Shown: positions 27,638-37,439, counted from the first letter of the stretch. The stretch: 51,779 nt of DNA from Bacillota bacterium (GCA_021786825.1 JAJYMS010000111.1:1-51779), one strand, 5' to 3'. A program made the numbers and translations. The notes: generated from the sequence alone by a model not told the origin.

Positions 27638-27665
27638 ATTTCGACGTAGCCCGGCCAAGTCCTGC
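27638..27665 (-). promoter_or_regulatory. SigH-like promoter for the lytS-lytTR pair
   Basis: Minus strand GCAGGA-N17-GAAAT, with GTC immediately before GAAAT. Confidence 0.4.
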
Positions 27666-27732
27666 TATGGCAGGAGTTTGCCGGCCGGAATGCGTAAAAG
27701 AATAGGGTATTTGAAAACAAGGGGGGAGCGGG

Positions 27733-28038
27733 TTGGAGGAACGCGAGGAGTGGGACGCGGCGAACGAGGAGTTCGACACCATTGAGGAGGTCGACGCCGT
27801 TTTCCGGGCGCAGCGCCGTCTGAGCCTGACGTACGGGCTGGTGTTCTTCCTGGTTACCCTTACCATTCCGGTGCTTTCGGTGACCTCTCCCTGGTGGGTG
27901 AACCAACCGATCTGGGGAGGCTTTACCCTCAACTACCTGCTGGTGGCGGTGCTGTACCAGGCGTTTTACCTGCTCATCGCCGTAGCCTATACCCTGCAGG
28001 CCAACCGGTTGGAAGAAGAACTGCTGGGGCGCGAGTAA
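27733..28038 (+). CDS. DUF485/YjcH-like small membrane partner of the symporter
   Basis: Two TMs and AYTLQANRLE; lies immediately upstream of the SSS gene. Confidence 0.75.
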   Translation: MEEREEWDAANEEFDTIEEVDAVFRAQRRLSLTYGLVFFLVTLTIPVLSVTSPWWVNQPIWGGFTLNYLLVAVLYQAFYLLIAVAYTLQANRLEEELLGRE

Positions 28039-28042
28039 CCCG

Positions 28043-29845
28043 ATGTGGGCTGTTTTCTTCACCACCGGCCTGGTGCTGGCGATCGTCATCATTTCGGTGC
28101 GCAACCGCGGTTCCGCCAGCACGGCCGAATTCTACCTGGCCGGACGCCGGGTGGGTCTGCTGGCCAACGCCTCGGCCATCTGCGGGGACTACTTCAGCGC
28201 GGCCTCTTTCCTCGGCGTGGCGGGGGCGGTCTACGCCTCCGGCCTGGACGGGTTATGGTTCGGGGCCGGCTTCGGGGCCGGCTTCGTCCCGGTATTGCTC
28301 TTTTTCGCTTCGCCCATCCGCCGTTTCGGGGAATACACCCTCCCGGATTTTCTGGCGGCCCGTTTTCAGAGCTCTACCGCCCGGGTGGCGGGAGTGCTCG
28401 CCGTCCAGGCCGTTGCCCTTTCCTACTTGGCCCCCCAGATGCTGGGAGCCGGCACCACCTGGGAGGTGCTGGTGGGGCACGGTCTGGCGGGCTTGGACGG
28501 GTACAGCACGGGAGTCGTGGTGACCGCCGTGCTGATGGCCGTTTACGTGGGGCTGGGGGGAATGCGCGGGACCACCTGGAACCAGATGGTCCAGTTTTGG
28601 GTGCTGCTCTCGGCCATCGGGCTGGTGGTGTTGCTGGGGCTGGGCTACGGGTTCAGCTACGCGCGGGCCTTGGCGGACGTGTCCCGGCCGCCCCTCACCG
28701 TGCCGACCGCCTTCACCGTCCACGACTTGCTGGCGGTCGACCCCCGGAGCGGGGAACGCCCGGCCGACGCGGCCAGGCGGGTGATGTCCGAAACCTATTG
28801 GAAGGATAAGATCGCCCCCCGCCTGCAGGACCCGGAGGCGCGGGTGGTGGTGCTCATGCCCCAGCGCTCCCAGCTCACCGGGGAAGTCATGCGCTTCAAC
28901 CAGGCGGGCCACCGTTACGGCTGGCTGGACCAGTTCTCGGTGGTGCTCACCCTGGTGTTGGGGACCAGCGGCCTTCCGCACATCATGAACCGCTTCTACA
29001 CCAACCCTACCGGGCGGGTCGCCCGCCTGACGACGGTTTACGTGCTGGGTTTCGCTTCCCTCTTTTACATGCTGGCCTCAATGGTCGGGGTGATCGGAAG
29101 AGAGCTCGTTCCCGGCCTGGTCGCCGCGGGCGGGCGGGGGGCGGTGGATCAGGCGGTGAGCGGAGTGCTGGTGAACTCGGACGCCATCGTCCCCTTCCTG
29201 GGCCAGACGCTGGGCGGTTCCGCCGGCCTCGGGTACGTAGCCGCCGGCGCCTTCGCGGCGATGGTGTCAACCATCGGCGGGCTACTGATGGCCTCTGCCG
29301 CCTCCTGGGGGCACGACCTCTACGAGCAGTTCCTGGAACCGGACGCCCCGGAATGGAAGCGCATCGCCGTCGGCCGGCTGGCGGTGCTGTTCATGTCCGC
29401 GCTCGCCCTGGCGGTCGGCCTGGCGGTGCGCGCCATGGGCCTGACCAGGGCCTACCCGGCGCTGATCGCCCAGATGGTGACCTGGGCCTTTGCCATCTCG
29501 GGGAGTTCCTTCGTGCCGGTGTTGGTGACCGCCATCTGGTGGAAGCGGACCACCCTGCGCGGCGCCCTGGCGGGGCTGCTGGTGGGCGGCCTCGGGTCGG
29601 TGGGTTTCATCATCCTGAATATCCTGCGGGTGACCAACAGCGACCCGGTTTACCAGGCCACCATCTGGTACCAGGCCGGCATGCTTACTTACCCCACGGT
29701 CATCACCGCGCCTCTCGCCTTAGGGGTCGTCGTCGCGGTTTCCTCACTGGACCGGAAGCTGCCTGGAAACATCAACGAAATTTGGGTCCGCATCCACGGT
29801 ACCGCCCGCGAGCGGGCCGAGAGGCGGGCAGGGAGTGAGAGCTGA
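28043..29845 (+). CDS. Sodium:solute symporter, ActP/MctC (monocarboxylate) type
   Basis: FYLAGR, GDYFSAASFLG, GGMRGTTW.Q, GLPHIMNRFYT, HDLY. Confidence 0.92.
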   Translation: MWAVFFTTGLVLAIVIISVRNRGSASTAEFYLAGRRVGLLANASAICGDYFSAASFLGVAGAVYASGLDGLWFGAGFGAGFVPVLLFFASPIRRFGEYTLPDFLAARFQSSTARVAGVLAVQAVALSYLAPQMLGAGTTWEVLVGHGLAGLDGYSTGVVVTAVLMAVYVGLGGMRGTTWNQMVQFWVLLSAIGLVVLLGLGYGFSYARALADVSRPPLTVPTAFTVHDLLAVDPRSGERPADAARRVMSETYWKDKIAPRLQDPEARVVVLMPQRSQLTGEVMRFNQAGHRYGWLDQFSVVLTLVLGTSGLPHIMNRFYTNPTGRVARLTTVYVLGFASLFYMLASMVGVIGRELVPGLVAAGGRGAVDQAVSGVLVNSDAIVPFLGQTLGGSAGLGYVAAGAFAAMVSTIGGLLMASAASWGHDLYEQFLEPDAPEWKRIAVGRLAVLFMSALALAVGLAVRAMGLTRAYPALIAQMVTWAFAISGSSFVPVLVTAIWWKRTTLRGALAGLLVGGLGSVGFIILNILRVTNSDPVYQATIWYQAGMLTYPTVITAPLALGVVVAVSSLDRKLPGNINEIWVRIHGTARERAERRAGSES

Positions 29846-30659
29846 CTTGAAAGATCCCTCGACTCAACCGCTGCTCTATGAGCAGGACGGCTACCGCGCC
29901 ACTATCACCATCAACCGCCCGGACCAGCACAACGCCATGTCGGAAGCCATGTGGGTCGAGCTGGGCGACCTGGCCGAACGGATCGCCGCGGACCCCGGGG
30001 TCCGCGTGGTAGTGATCCGGGGGGCAGGGGGCAGGGCTTTTGCCTCCGGGGCGGACATCGCGGAACTGGAGCGAATCAAGACCGTGGAAGCGGCGGCCGG
30101 CTTCCGGGACCATCTGGGCAGGGCCCTGGCGGGGCTGGAGGACCTCCCCGTGCCGGTGATCGCCATGATCGAGGGCTACGCCCTGGGCGGCGGGTGCGAA
30201 CTGGCGATGGCCTGCGACCTGCGGATCGCTTCCGAGGAAGCGGTCCTGGGGATCCCCTCCGGCCGGCTGGGGGTGGTGCTCTCCATGGGCGAGGTGAGCC
30301 GCCTGATCCAACTGGTGGGGCCGGCCCGGGCCATGGAGTTGCTGCTCACCGGGCGGCGGGTCGGGGCCCGGGAGGCGGCGGAGATCGGGTTGGTCAACCA
30401 GGCGGTGGGATCCGCCGAACTCCCGGCCTTTGTCGACGACCTGGCCCGGGAGATCGTGCAAAGCGCCCCGCTGTCAGTGCGGAGCGCCAAGCGAACGGTG
30501 GCCACGCTGCTAAAATTGGCCCGGGGAACGACCGAAGAGCTGCTCAAGGCCGCGCAGGAGTGCGACGATTTGTCGGTCACGGCCTTCTTGACCGCGGACT
30601 TCCGCGAGGGGGCCCGGGCCTTCCGGGAGAAGCGCCCCCCGCGGTGGCAGGGGCGCTAG
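29835..30659 (+). CDS. Enoyl-CoA hydratase/isomerase (crotonase) family protein
   Basis: FASGADI, ALGGGCELAMACDLRIA, DFREGARAFREKR. Confidence 0.92.
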   Translation: MRADLKDPSTQPLLYEQDGYRATITINRPDQHNAMSEAMWVELGDLAERIAADPGVRVVVIRGAGGRAFASGADIAELERIKTVEAAAGFRDHLGRALAGLEDLPVPVIAMIEGYALGGGCELAMACDLRIASEEAVLGIPSGRLGVVLSMGEVSRLIQLVGPARAMELLLTGRRVGAREAAEIGLVNQAVGSAELPAFVDDLAREIVQSAPLSVRSAKRTVATLLKLARGTTEELLKAAQECDDLSVTAFLTADFREGARAFREKRPPRWQGR

Positions 30660-30907
30660 GCCTTGCGGATGACGATGATCCAGTCAGTCCCGTCGACCTG
30701 TTTCACCGTCAGCACCTGATGGCCCTCCAGCCTGGTGCTGCGTGGCACGCTGACGGTGGCGGGGAGATAGTCTACGATCACCTTGAGCACCTGACCGCTT
30801 TCCATCTCCTCCAGGGCCAGCTTGGTGCGTACGAAGGTATACGGACAGATGTCGCCTCGGATGTCAAGGACGCGGTCGGCTTCCGGTTCAGGCTGCAAGG
30901 GGACCAC
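30656..30907 (-). CDS. tusA: TusA/SirA family sulfur carrier
   Basis: LDIRGDICPYTFVRTKLALEEM. Confidence 0.88.
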   Translation of the reverse strand: MVPLQPEPEADRVLDIRGDICPYTFVRTKLALEEMESGQVLKVIVDYLPATVSVPRSTRLEGHQVLTVKQVDGTDWIIVIRKA

Positions 30908-31007
30908 CTCGAAGTCAATTGCGGCCGGGCTTTGGCTACTATGTTACCCGCTGGGGGAAAAGCTGTCTACGGCGGAGCCACGTTCCGTCCACCGAGCAGG
31001 AGGTGCG

Positions 31008-31919
31008 ATGCCGATGCAGGCGATTGCTATCAAAGGGCTGACGATGCTTTACCCGAATGGGAGGGGCATCCGCGAGATCAGCCTCGACGTGCAGGAAGGG
31101 GAGATCTTCGGCTTTCTGGGTCCCAACGGCGCCGGAAAGAGCACCACCATCCGGACCCTGATGGGGTTCCTGCGGCCGTCCGCCGGCGAGGCCAGGGTGC
31201 TGGGCCATGACGTCGTGCGGGAAAGCGTCGCGGTGCGGCGCGAGGTGGGCTACCTGCCGAGCGAGGTCACCCTCTACGACGGCCTCACGGGCGAGCAGAA
31301 CCTGGCTTTTGCCCTGAAGGTCCGGGGCGGCGTCGGGCCGGAGAAAGCCCGGGAGTTGGCCCGGCTCCTGGAGGTGGACCTCGGCCACCGCGTCAAGACC
31401 CTCTCGCGGGGTCAAAGGCAGAAGGTGGCCATTACCGTGGCGCTGGCCCACGACCCCCGGGTCCTCATCCTCGATGAGCCCACTACCGGCCTGGATCCCC
31501 TCGCCCAGGAGGTCTTCCACGCCCTCGTCCGGGCCGAGGTGGCCAGGGGCAAGACCCTCTTCATGTCCTCGCACATCCTCTCGGAGGTGGAGGAACTCTG
31601 TGAGCGGGTGGCCATCGTCCGCGACGGGCGGATCGTCACCACCGACACGGTCGCGAGCCTCAAACGGCAGCGGGTGAAGCGGGTCCGCGTCGAGTTCCGC
31701 GCGGCCGTACCCGCCCTCGGCGACCTCCGCGGGGTCACCGACCTGAAGCTGGACGGGCGCCGGGCGCGCTTCACCCTGGTGGGGGCCCTGGACCCCCTGC
31801 TGGGGCGGCTGGCCACCAACCCGGTGGTCGACCTTACGGTCCAGGACCCCTCCCTGGAGGAGGTCTTCCGCGCCTTTTACACCGGCGCGCAGGCCGGCGG
31901 GGAGGGGGCCGGAAAATGA
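31008..31919 (+). CDS. ABC-2 type exporter ATP-binding protein
   Basis: GPNGAGKS, LSRGQRQK, LDEPTTGLD, SSHILSEV. Confidence 0.95.
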   Translation: MPMQAIAIKGLTMLYPNGRGIREISLDVQEGEIFGFLGPNGAGKSTTIRTLMGFLRPSAGEARVLGHDVVRESVAVRREVGYLPSEVTLYDGLTGEQNLAFALKVRGGVGPEKARELARLLEVDLGHRVKTLSRGQRQKVAITVALAHDPRVLILDEPTTGLDPLAQEVFHALVRAEVARGKTLFMSSHILSEVEELCERVAIVRDGRIVTTDTVASLKRQRVKRVRVEFRAAVPALGDLRGVTDLKLDGRRARFTLVGALDPLLGRLATNPVVDLTVQDPSLEEVFRAFYTGAQAGGEGAGK

Positions 31920-32713
31920 CCGTTTTTGCCCATTTTCTCCGACTGCAGCGGTTGTCCCTGACCATCTGGACCCTGGCCGTGGTGGTCCTCCTCGCCGCGG
32001 TGGTCGGCCAAACGCCGGCGGTGACGCAGGATAACGCCTGGCAGGAACTGCTCCGGAACCTGCCACCGGCCGTGCAGCGAATCACCGGAGGCACCCTCCA
32101 CGCTTTTGCCCGTCCCGTCGACGCCTACCTCGTCGCCAAGCTCTTCAACTTCCTGCCCCTGGTGCTGGGCATCTTCGCCGCCCTGTCGGCCGCCGCGGTG
32201 GTGGCCCGGGAGCGGGACCGGGGCACCATCGAGTTCCTGCTTTCGCTGCCCCTGGACCGGCGGCGCCTAATGCGCCAGCGCCTCCTGGTGGTGGCCTTCG
32301 GCCTCGGCCTGCTTTACCTGGCAACCTGGGCCGCCCTGGTCGTGGGGCTGAAGGCGGTGGGCGTGGCCGGTTCGTACGGCCGCTACGCCGTCACCCTGCT
32401 CGGGGGATGGGCGGTCAACCTCGCCCAGGCGGGGCTCGTCACCCTCATCAGCCTCCGGGTGAAGGAGTACGTCCGGGCGGTCCGCTATGGCCTGGCCCTG
32501 GTCGTGGTGGCTTACCTGATCGACACCGCCCTGCTGGCGGCGAACGTCTGGACCTGGCTGCGTCCCTTCCTGCTTTACGGGCTGGTGAACGCCGGCGAGG
32601 TGGTCCGCACCGGCCAGGTGCCCTGGGCCGCCCTGGGAGTTGGTCTGGCGGTCGCGGGACTGAGCGCCTGGTGGGCGGGGGGAGAGTTCGAGCACCAGCA
32701 ACTACATTCCTAG
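31916..32713 (+). CDS. ABC-2 type permease
   Basis: About six TMs; RERDRGTIEFLLSLP. Confidence 0.85.
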   Translation: MTVFAHFLRLQRLSLTIWTLAVVVLLAAVVGQTPAVTQDNAWQELLRNLPPAVQRITGGTLHAFARPVDAYLVAKLFNFLPLVLGIFAALSAAAVVARERDRGTIEFLLSLPLDRRRLMRQRLLVVAFGLGLLYLATWAALVVGLKAVGVAGSYGRYAVTLLGGWAVNLAQAGLVTLISLRVKEYVRAVRYGLALVVVAYLIDTALLAANVWTWLRPFLLYGLVNAGEVVRTGQVPWAALGVGLAVAGLSAWWAGGEFEHQQLHS

Positions 32714-32724
32714 GGGGTCGGAAA

Positions 32725-33525
32725 ATGTTACTGCGGCAGTACTGGCGCCAGGAAGCCCCCGGCCTCCTCGGCTGGAGCCTTGCCCTCGCGGCCAGCGTCT
32801 TCCTGATGGTGGGCCTTTATCCGGCCATCCGGGACAGCGCCGGCCTGCCCGAGGTCAACCGGATCGCGGAGCAGCTTCCACCGGCCATGAAGGCTTACAT
32901 GGGCGGCGTCACCGACCTGGCCAGCCTCGCCGGCTGGCTCCAGGTCAGCGTCTTCGGCACCGTGGCGACCGACCTGCTGCTGGTCTGGACCGCCCTGGCT
33001 TGCGCCGATATCTTGACCCGGGAAGTGGATCACCGCACGATGGAGTTCCTGCTCTCCCTGCCGGTCGGCCGGAGTCAGGTGCTGGGCAGCCGCTTCCTGG
33101 GGCTGGCGTTGAACCTGGCCGTTCTGCACGGCGTCCTGCTGGCCAGCACCGGCCTGGCGGTGACCTGGGTGGGCGGGGACGCCGATTGGCGGGCCTACGC
33201 CCTGGCAGCGCTGAACGCCTACCTGGTCCTCCTGGCCCTGGGCGGCCTGCTGCTGGCGCTGACGGTCTTCATCGACGACTACCCCCGCGGCCTGATGTCC
33301 ACCATGGGGGTGGGGATCATGGTCAACTTCCTCAACTTTGTCATCGAGCCGGGGAGCCGGCTCGCCTGGCTGCGGCGGCTGAGCTTCTTCCACTACTACG
33401 ACCCGGGCCAGGTGCTGCGCACCGCCACCGTCCCCTGGGACCGGGTTCTTTTCCTGACCCTGTCCGCCGCCGGCCTCGCCGGGCTGGCGGCATGGCTGTT
33501 CAACCGCAAGCAGCTCGCGGCCTAG
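32725..33525 (+). CDS. ABC-2 type permease (paralog)
   Basis: REVDHRTMEFLLSLP, LSFFHYY, FNRKQL. Confidence 0.87.
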   Translation: MLLRQYWRQEAPGLLGWSLALAASVFLMVGLYPAIRDSAGLPEVNRIAEQLPPAMKAYMGGVTDLASLAGWLQVSVFGTVATDLLLVWTALACADILTREVDHRTMEFLLSLPVGRSQVLGSRFLGLALNLAVLHGVLLASTGLAVTWVGGDADWRAYALAALNAYLVLLALGGLLLALTVFIDDYPRGLMSTMGVGIMVNFLNFVIEPGSRLAWLRRLSFFHYYDPGQVLRTATVPWDRVLFLTLSAAGLAGLAAWLFNRKQLAA

Positions 33526-33555
33526 CAGCTTGCCAAGGCCACGGCCCGGCTCGTC

Positions 33556-35244
33556 CTACCGCCCCTCCAACAGTCGGACCGGCGTCATACTGTTCGCCGC
33601 GTCCAGCGCTACCTGGCGCTCCCGTCCCCAGACGCGGTAGGTCACTCCGCCCTGGGTCCAGGATACCGCCACCCCGGGACCGCTGGCTTGGAGGGTCGCG
33701 TCCTGCCCGCGGGCCAGACGAACCGTTTCCTTCGGTGCCCCCGGCCGCTTCACCGCGGGGGGCCGATCCGGAAGGTTGTCGGCCGCCTCCGCTCCGGCGG
33801 CGCCGCCGGCCACCAGCCAGAGGGTGCCGCCGGTAATTCCCGCGTCGTTGGTGGGCAAGGGGTGCTCCGTAACCCACAATTCGGCGGTGTAGTCGCTGGC
33901 CCTGCCCTCGACGCGCAGGGAAAAAGCCTGTCCCTGCGCAACCTCGCCGACCTTGGCCGGCAGTTCCACCGCCAGCCGGCTGGGGATCAGGCTGTGCAAC
34001 CCCCCGAGCCACGCCGGATTGGGGGCCTTGGACGGCGTTTTGTCAATCAGGGACCAGTCCACGCCTTCCGTGTACCGGTTGCCGGCGTTCCAGACCAGAA
34101 ACGACCGGATCCCGGCGCCCGCCAGGGCCTGCAGTTCCGCCTCGACTTCCTTGGGACCATAGGGGGGCCAGCCCAGGTCGTAGTCCTGGATCCAGGGCCG
34201 CTGAACCTCCAGCGGGAGGTCGGCCGTGCGCTGCTCGGCGGCGGCGACGGTCTGCCACACCGTGTCGTAAGGGCGGGCGTTGGGGTTGGGGATGCCGAAT
34301 TCCCCCTTGGCGTAGAGCGAGGGGTAGTCCATCGGGGAGATGTAGTCCACCACACGGGCCATTTCCGGGTAGCTTTGGCCGACCCCCTGGTCGCCGGTGG
34401 TCACCGAGGTGATGCCGAAGACGTCGGCCGACACGGGCACCCCCGCCTGCCGCCGGATCGTTTTGCGCGCCTCCTTCAAGAAGCCGGTGACTTGCGCGAT
34501 CCGGTCCTGCGCCGGGGTGTTTTCGTTGTAGCCCGGCAACCGACTTTCCGGCAGCCGGATGTAGTCGTACTGGATTTCGTCAAACCCCGTCTTCGCCGCC
34601 GCCACGCCGATCTCGATGTTGTAGTCCCGCGCTTCGCGGCTCCAGGGGCTGAGCCAACTGATGCCGCGATAGTCGTGCCAAAGGCGACCGCCTTGTACCA
34701 CGGCCCACTTGGGGCTCTTGCGGGAGGCGTAGGGGTCCGCGAAGGTGACCACGCGCCCGATTACATAGACGCCGTTGGCGTGGAGCAACTGCAACATAGC
34801 CTTGATGTCGGCGATCTTGCCGGTGTCCGCGCCGATGGCGGAGGCCCGGGTGCCGGGCAGGTCGAAGGAGAGCCGCCCGTCGTCGTCCTTCACGTCGATC
34901 ACCAAGGTATTCAGGTGATTTCGTTGCACGTAGGACAACTCTTCGGCCAGGCGCCGGCTCGAGCCCGCCGTCCAGCCGGTGAGGTAGATGCCGCGCACGT
35001 GCTCCGGCGTCCTGAGGTGGAGCGGCGGAGCCGGGTGTTCAGCCGGCGGCCTGGGATCACCGACAGGCGGCGCAGAGCCCTTGGCGCCTCCGGCGGCGGA
35101 GGCTGGATCCGGGGACTCAGCGGCCACGGCCCGGGTGCCCCAGGTCACCCGCGGGGTCCTGCAACCGGAGAGTCCGGCCAGCACCGCCAGGAGCGCGATC
35201 CCCACCAAACCCGTACCGCCGAGCCGGCTGAACCAACGCTGCAT
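33556..35244 (-). CDS. Putative glycoside hydrolase lipoprotein (DUF4015) with C-terminal extension
   Basis: Lipobox LSGC; VRGIYLT, VIDVKDDDG, GFDEIQYDYIR, SADVFG, ISPMDYPS, RPWIQD, WNAGNRY. Confidence 0.85.
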   Translation of the reverse strand: MQRWFSRLGGTGLVGIALLAVLAGLSGCRTPRVTWGTRAVAAESPDPASAAGGAKGSAPPVGDPRPPAEHPAPPLHLRTPEHVRGIYLTGWTAGSSRRLAEELSYVQRNHLNTLVIDVKDDDGRLSFDLPGTRASAIGADTGKIADIKAMLQLLHANGVYVIGRVVTFADPYASRKSPKWAVVQGGRLWHDYRGISWLSPWSREARDYNIEIGVAAAKTGFDEIQYDYIRLPESRLPGYNENTPAQDRIAQVTGFLKEARKTIRRQAGVPVSADVFGITSVTTGDQGVGQSYPEMARVVDYISPMDYPSLYAKGEFGIPNPNARPYDTVWQTVAAAEQRTADLPLEVQRPWIQDYDLGWPPYGPKEVEAELQALAGAGIRSFLVWNAGNRYTEGVDWSLIDKTPSKAPNPAWLGGLHSLIPSRLAVELPAKVGEVAQGQAFSLRVEGRASDYTAELWVTEHPLPTNDAGITGGTLWLVAGGAAGAEAADNLPDRPPAVKRPGAPKETVRLARGQDATLQASGPGVAVSWTQGGVTYRVWGRERQVALDAANSMTPVRLLEGR

Positions 35245-35373
35245 GTGCGGCCCCCTCTATCGCTTCGCGTCGAGTACTCCCGACCTTTCGACGGTATTCG
35301 CGTCCGTCGGTTCCAGCTTAGACACGTAGAAGCCAAAAGGGAATCAGTAATCCGCTGGTAAGCCGGTCACCTC

Positions 35374-35402
35374 TTGTATCAGGGCAGCCGGCGCCATATA
35401 AT
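35374..35402 (+). promoter_or_regulatory. SigA promoter of the futalosine operon
   Basis: TTGTAT-N17-TATAAT. Confidence 0.75.
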
Positions 35403-35415
35403 GAACTGGAGTTCA
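35402..35415. promoter_or_regulatory. Palindromic operator over the predicted start site
   Basis: TGAACT-GG-AGTTCA, containing a GAAC-N4-GTTC core. Confidence 0.45.
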
Positions 35416-35439
35416 ATCTTTCCTCGGGGAGATGATCCA

Positions 35440-36318
35440 GTGTCGGACGCGCCCTTGCCCCCGGAGCGGATCCCCCGCGCCTCTCTTGCGGTGATCGGCG
35501 GTTCGGGCACCTTCTCGAGCCGATTCCCGGAGGATTTGGAGGATCCAGCAGTACGGGTGTTGGCCAAGAACCTGCGGTTTGACACGCCTTACGGCCCCAG
35601 CCCCCTCTTCAAGCTGTTCAGCCTGTCCGCGGCCGCGGGAGAGGAGAAGCTGGTGCTGACGGTCAAGATGCACGGGCGCCGTTTCGGGGTCACCGCGGCG
35701 GACGCCTCGCGGCAGGTCTTCTGGGTGTTCCAGCAGGCGGGGGTTAAGAAGATCCTGGCCGAGGGCGGCGTCGGCGGCGCCAACCACCTGCTGGAGCTGC
35801 GCGACATGGTGGTCCCCGACGACTACATCGACCTGTCCCTGCGGCGCGACGTCGATCTGGGAGGCCCCTACCTGGGGGTGATGCGCCGCCCCGTCTGTTC
35901 CCAGCTCGCCCAGGAACTGATCCGGGCGGCGAACGCTCACGCCCGCCGTCATCAGGACCGGCGCGTTTTCGGCCGCGGCGTGTACGCCGTGACCGACGGG
36001 CGCCATTTTGAGAGCGTCGCTGAGGTTGCCATGCTGCGGCGCCTGGGGGCCGACATCGTGGGGATGACCATGTGCCCGGAGGTCTACCTGGCGCGTGAGA
36101 TCGGGGCCTGCTACGCCGGCCTTTACATCGTGGTCAACTATGGCGAAGGGGTGATCCGCGAATGGAACCACGCCGACCTCGAGCAGATTTTCTACGAGGA
36201 GGCGCGGCCGGTCGGCCGCATGCTGCTGGAAGCCCTGCGCCGGACCGGCGAGGACCAGGGTTGCGGCTGCCCGGATTTGCGCAAGCCCACCCTGCTGGTG
36301 GAAAGGCCTGAGGAGTGA
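35440..36318 (+). CDS. MTAP/PNP-family nucleoside phosphorylase-like protein
   Basis: VIGGSG, TPYG, VPDDYID, GADIVGMT..PE..LARE, VVNYGEG. Confidence 0.88.
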   Translation: MSDAPLPPERIPRASLAVIGGSGTFSSRFPEDLEDPAVRVLAKNLRFDTPYGPSPLFKLFSLSAAAGEEKLVLTVKMHGRRFGVTAADASRQVFWVFQQAGVKKILAEGGVGGANHLLELRDMVVPDDYIDLSLRRDVDLGGPYLGVMRRPVCSQLAQELIRAANAHARRHQDRRVFGRGVYAVTDGRHFESVAEVAMLRRLGADIVGMTMCPEVYLAREIGACYAGLYIVVNYGEGVIREWNHADLEQIFYEEARPVGRMLLEALRRTGEDQGCGCPDLRKPTLLVERPEE

Positions 36319-36325
36319 AGGCGTC

Positions 36326-37420
36326 GTGACCGGGATCGCGGCGAAAGTGCGGCGAGGGGAGCGACTCTCCGCCGCGGAAGGGCTGCAACTGCTGACTTCC
36401 ACCGACCTGCTGACCCTCGGGCGCCTGGCGGACCAGGCCCGGCGCGACAAAGTCGGCGACGCGGTCTACTTCGTGGTGAACACCCACCTCAACCACACCA
36501 ACGTGTGCTGGTTGAACTGCAAGTTCTGCGCCTTCTCCCGCCGCCCAGGGGACCCCGAAGCCTACCTCATGGACCCTGAGGAGGTCGAGTCGCGGTGCGC
36601 CTCCCTGGCGGGCCGAGGATTCCGGGAACTGCACATCGTGGGGGGAGTGCATCCCGGGCTGAGGCTGGAGTACTACGAGGCCATCCTCCGCGCGGCGCGG
36701 CGCCGGTTGCCGGAGATCATGATCCAGGCCTTCACCGCGGTGGAGGTGGACTACCTGGCCGGCAAGGCCGGCCTCAGCCTTTCCGCTTGCCTGGAGCGCT
36801 TGCGCGCGGCCGGGCTGGACGCGTTGCCGGGTGGCGGGGCGGAGATTTTCGCCCCCCGGGTGCGGGAACTGGTCTGCCCCCACAAGATCGGCGCCGACCG
36901 TTGGCTGGAGGTGCACGCGGCGGCCCACGCCCTGGGGATCCGCTCCAACGCCACGCTGCTGTACGGTCACTTGGAGCGACCGGACGAGGTCGTGGACCAC
37001 CTCATCCGCCTGCGGGAGTTGCAGGACCACACGGGCGGATTTCTGGCCTTCGCCGGCTTTGCCTTTCACCCCGAGAATACCGCCCTGGCCCGGGAGTACG
37101 GGCTTTCCGGGGAAACCACCGGCTACGAGGACCTGCGCCTGCTCGCCGTCGCGCGGCTGCTGCTGGACAACTTTGCCCACGTGAAGGCCTTCTGGATGAC
37201 CATGGGGCTGAAACTGGCCCAGGTTTCGCTGAGCTTCGGGGTGAACGATTTGGACGGCACGGTGATGGAGGAGCGGATCGTGCACGCCGCGGGGGCCGAG
37301 ACCGGCCAGATGGTGCCCAAGGAGGAGTTCATCGAACTGATTCGCCAGGCCGGCCGGGTGCCGGTTGAACGCGACACGCTCTACCGCGTCATCCGGACCT
37401 ATCAGGCACCGCGCAGTTGA
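36326..37420 (+). CDS. mqnE: Aminofutalosine synthase-like radical SAM enzyme (copy 1)
   Basis: TNVCWLNCKFCAF, ELHIVGG, AFTAVE, PGGGAEIF, FHPENT, HVKAFW. Confidence 0.88.
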   Translation: MTGIAAKVRRGERLSAAEGLQLLTSTDLLTLGRLADQARRDKVGDAVYFVVNTHLNHTNVCWLNCKFCAFSRRPGDPEAYLMDPEEVESRCASLAGRGFRELHIVGGVHPGLRLEYYEAILRAARRRLPEIMIQAFTAVEVDYLAGKAGLSLSACLERLRAAGLDALPGGGAEIFAPRVRELVCPHKIGADRWLEVHAAAHALGIRSNATLLYGHLERPDEVVDHLIRLRELQDHTGGFLAFAGFAFHPENTALAREYGLSGETTGYEDLRLLAVARLLLDNFAHVKAFWMTMGLKLAQVSLSFGVNDLDGTVMEERIVHAAGAETGQMVPKEEFIELIRQAGRVPVERDTLYRVIRTYQAPRS

Positions 37421-37439
37421 TTCCGCAAGGGAGAGGGTT

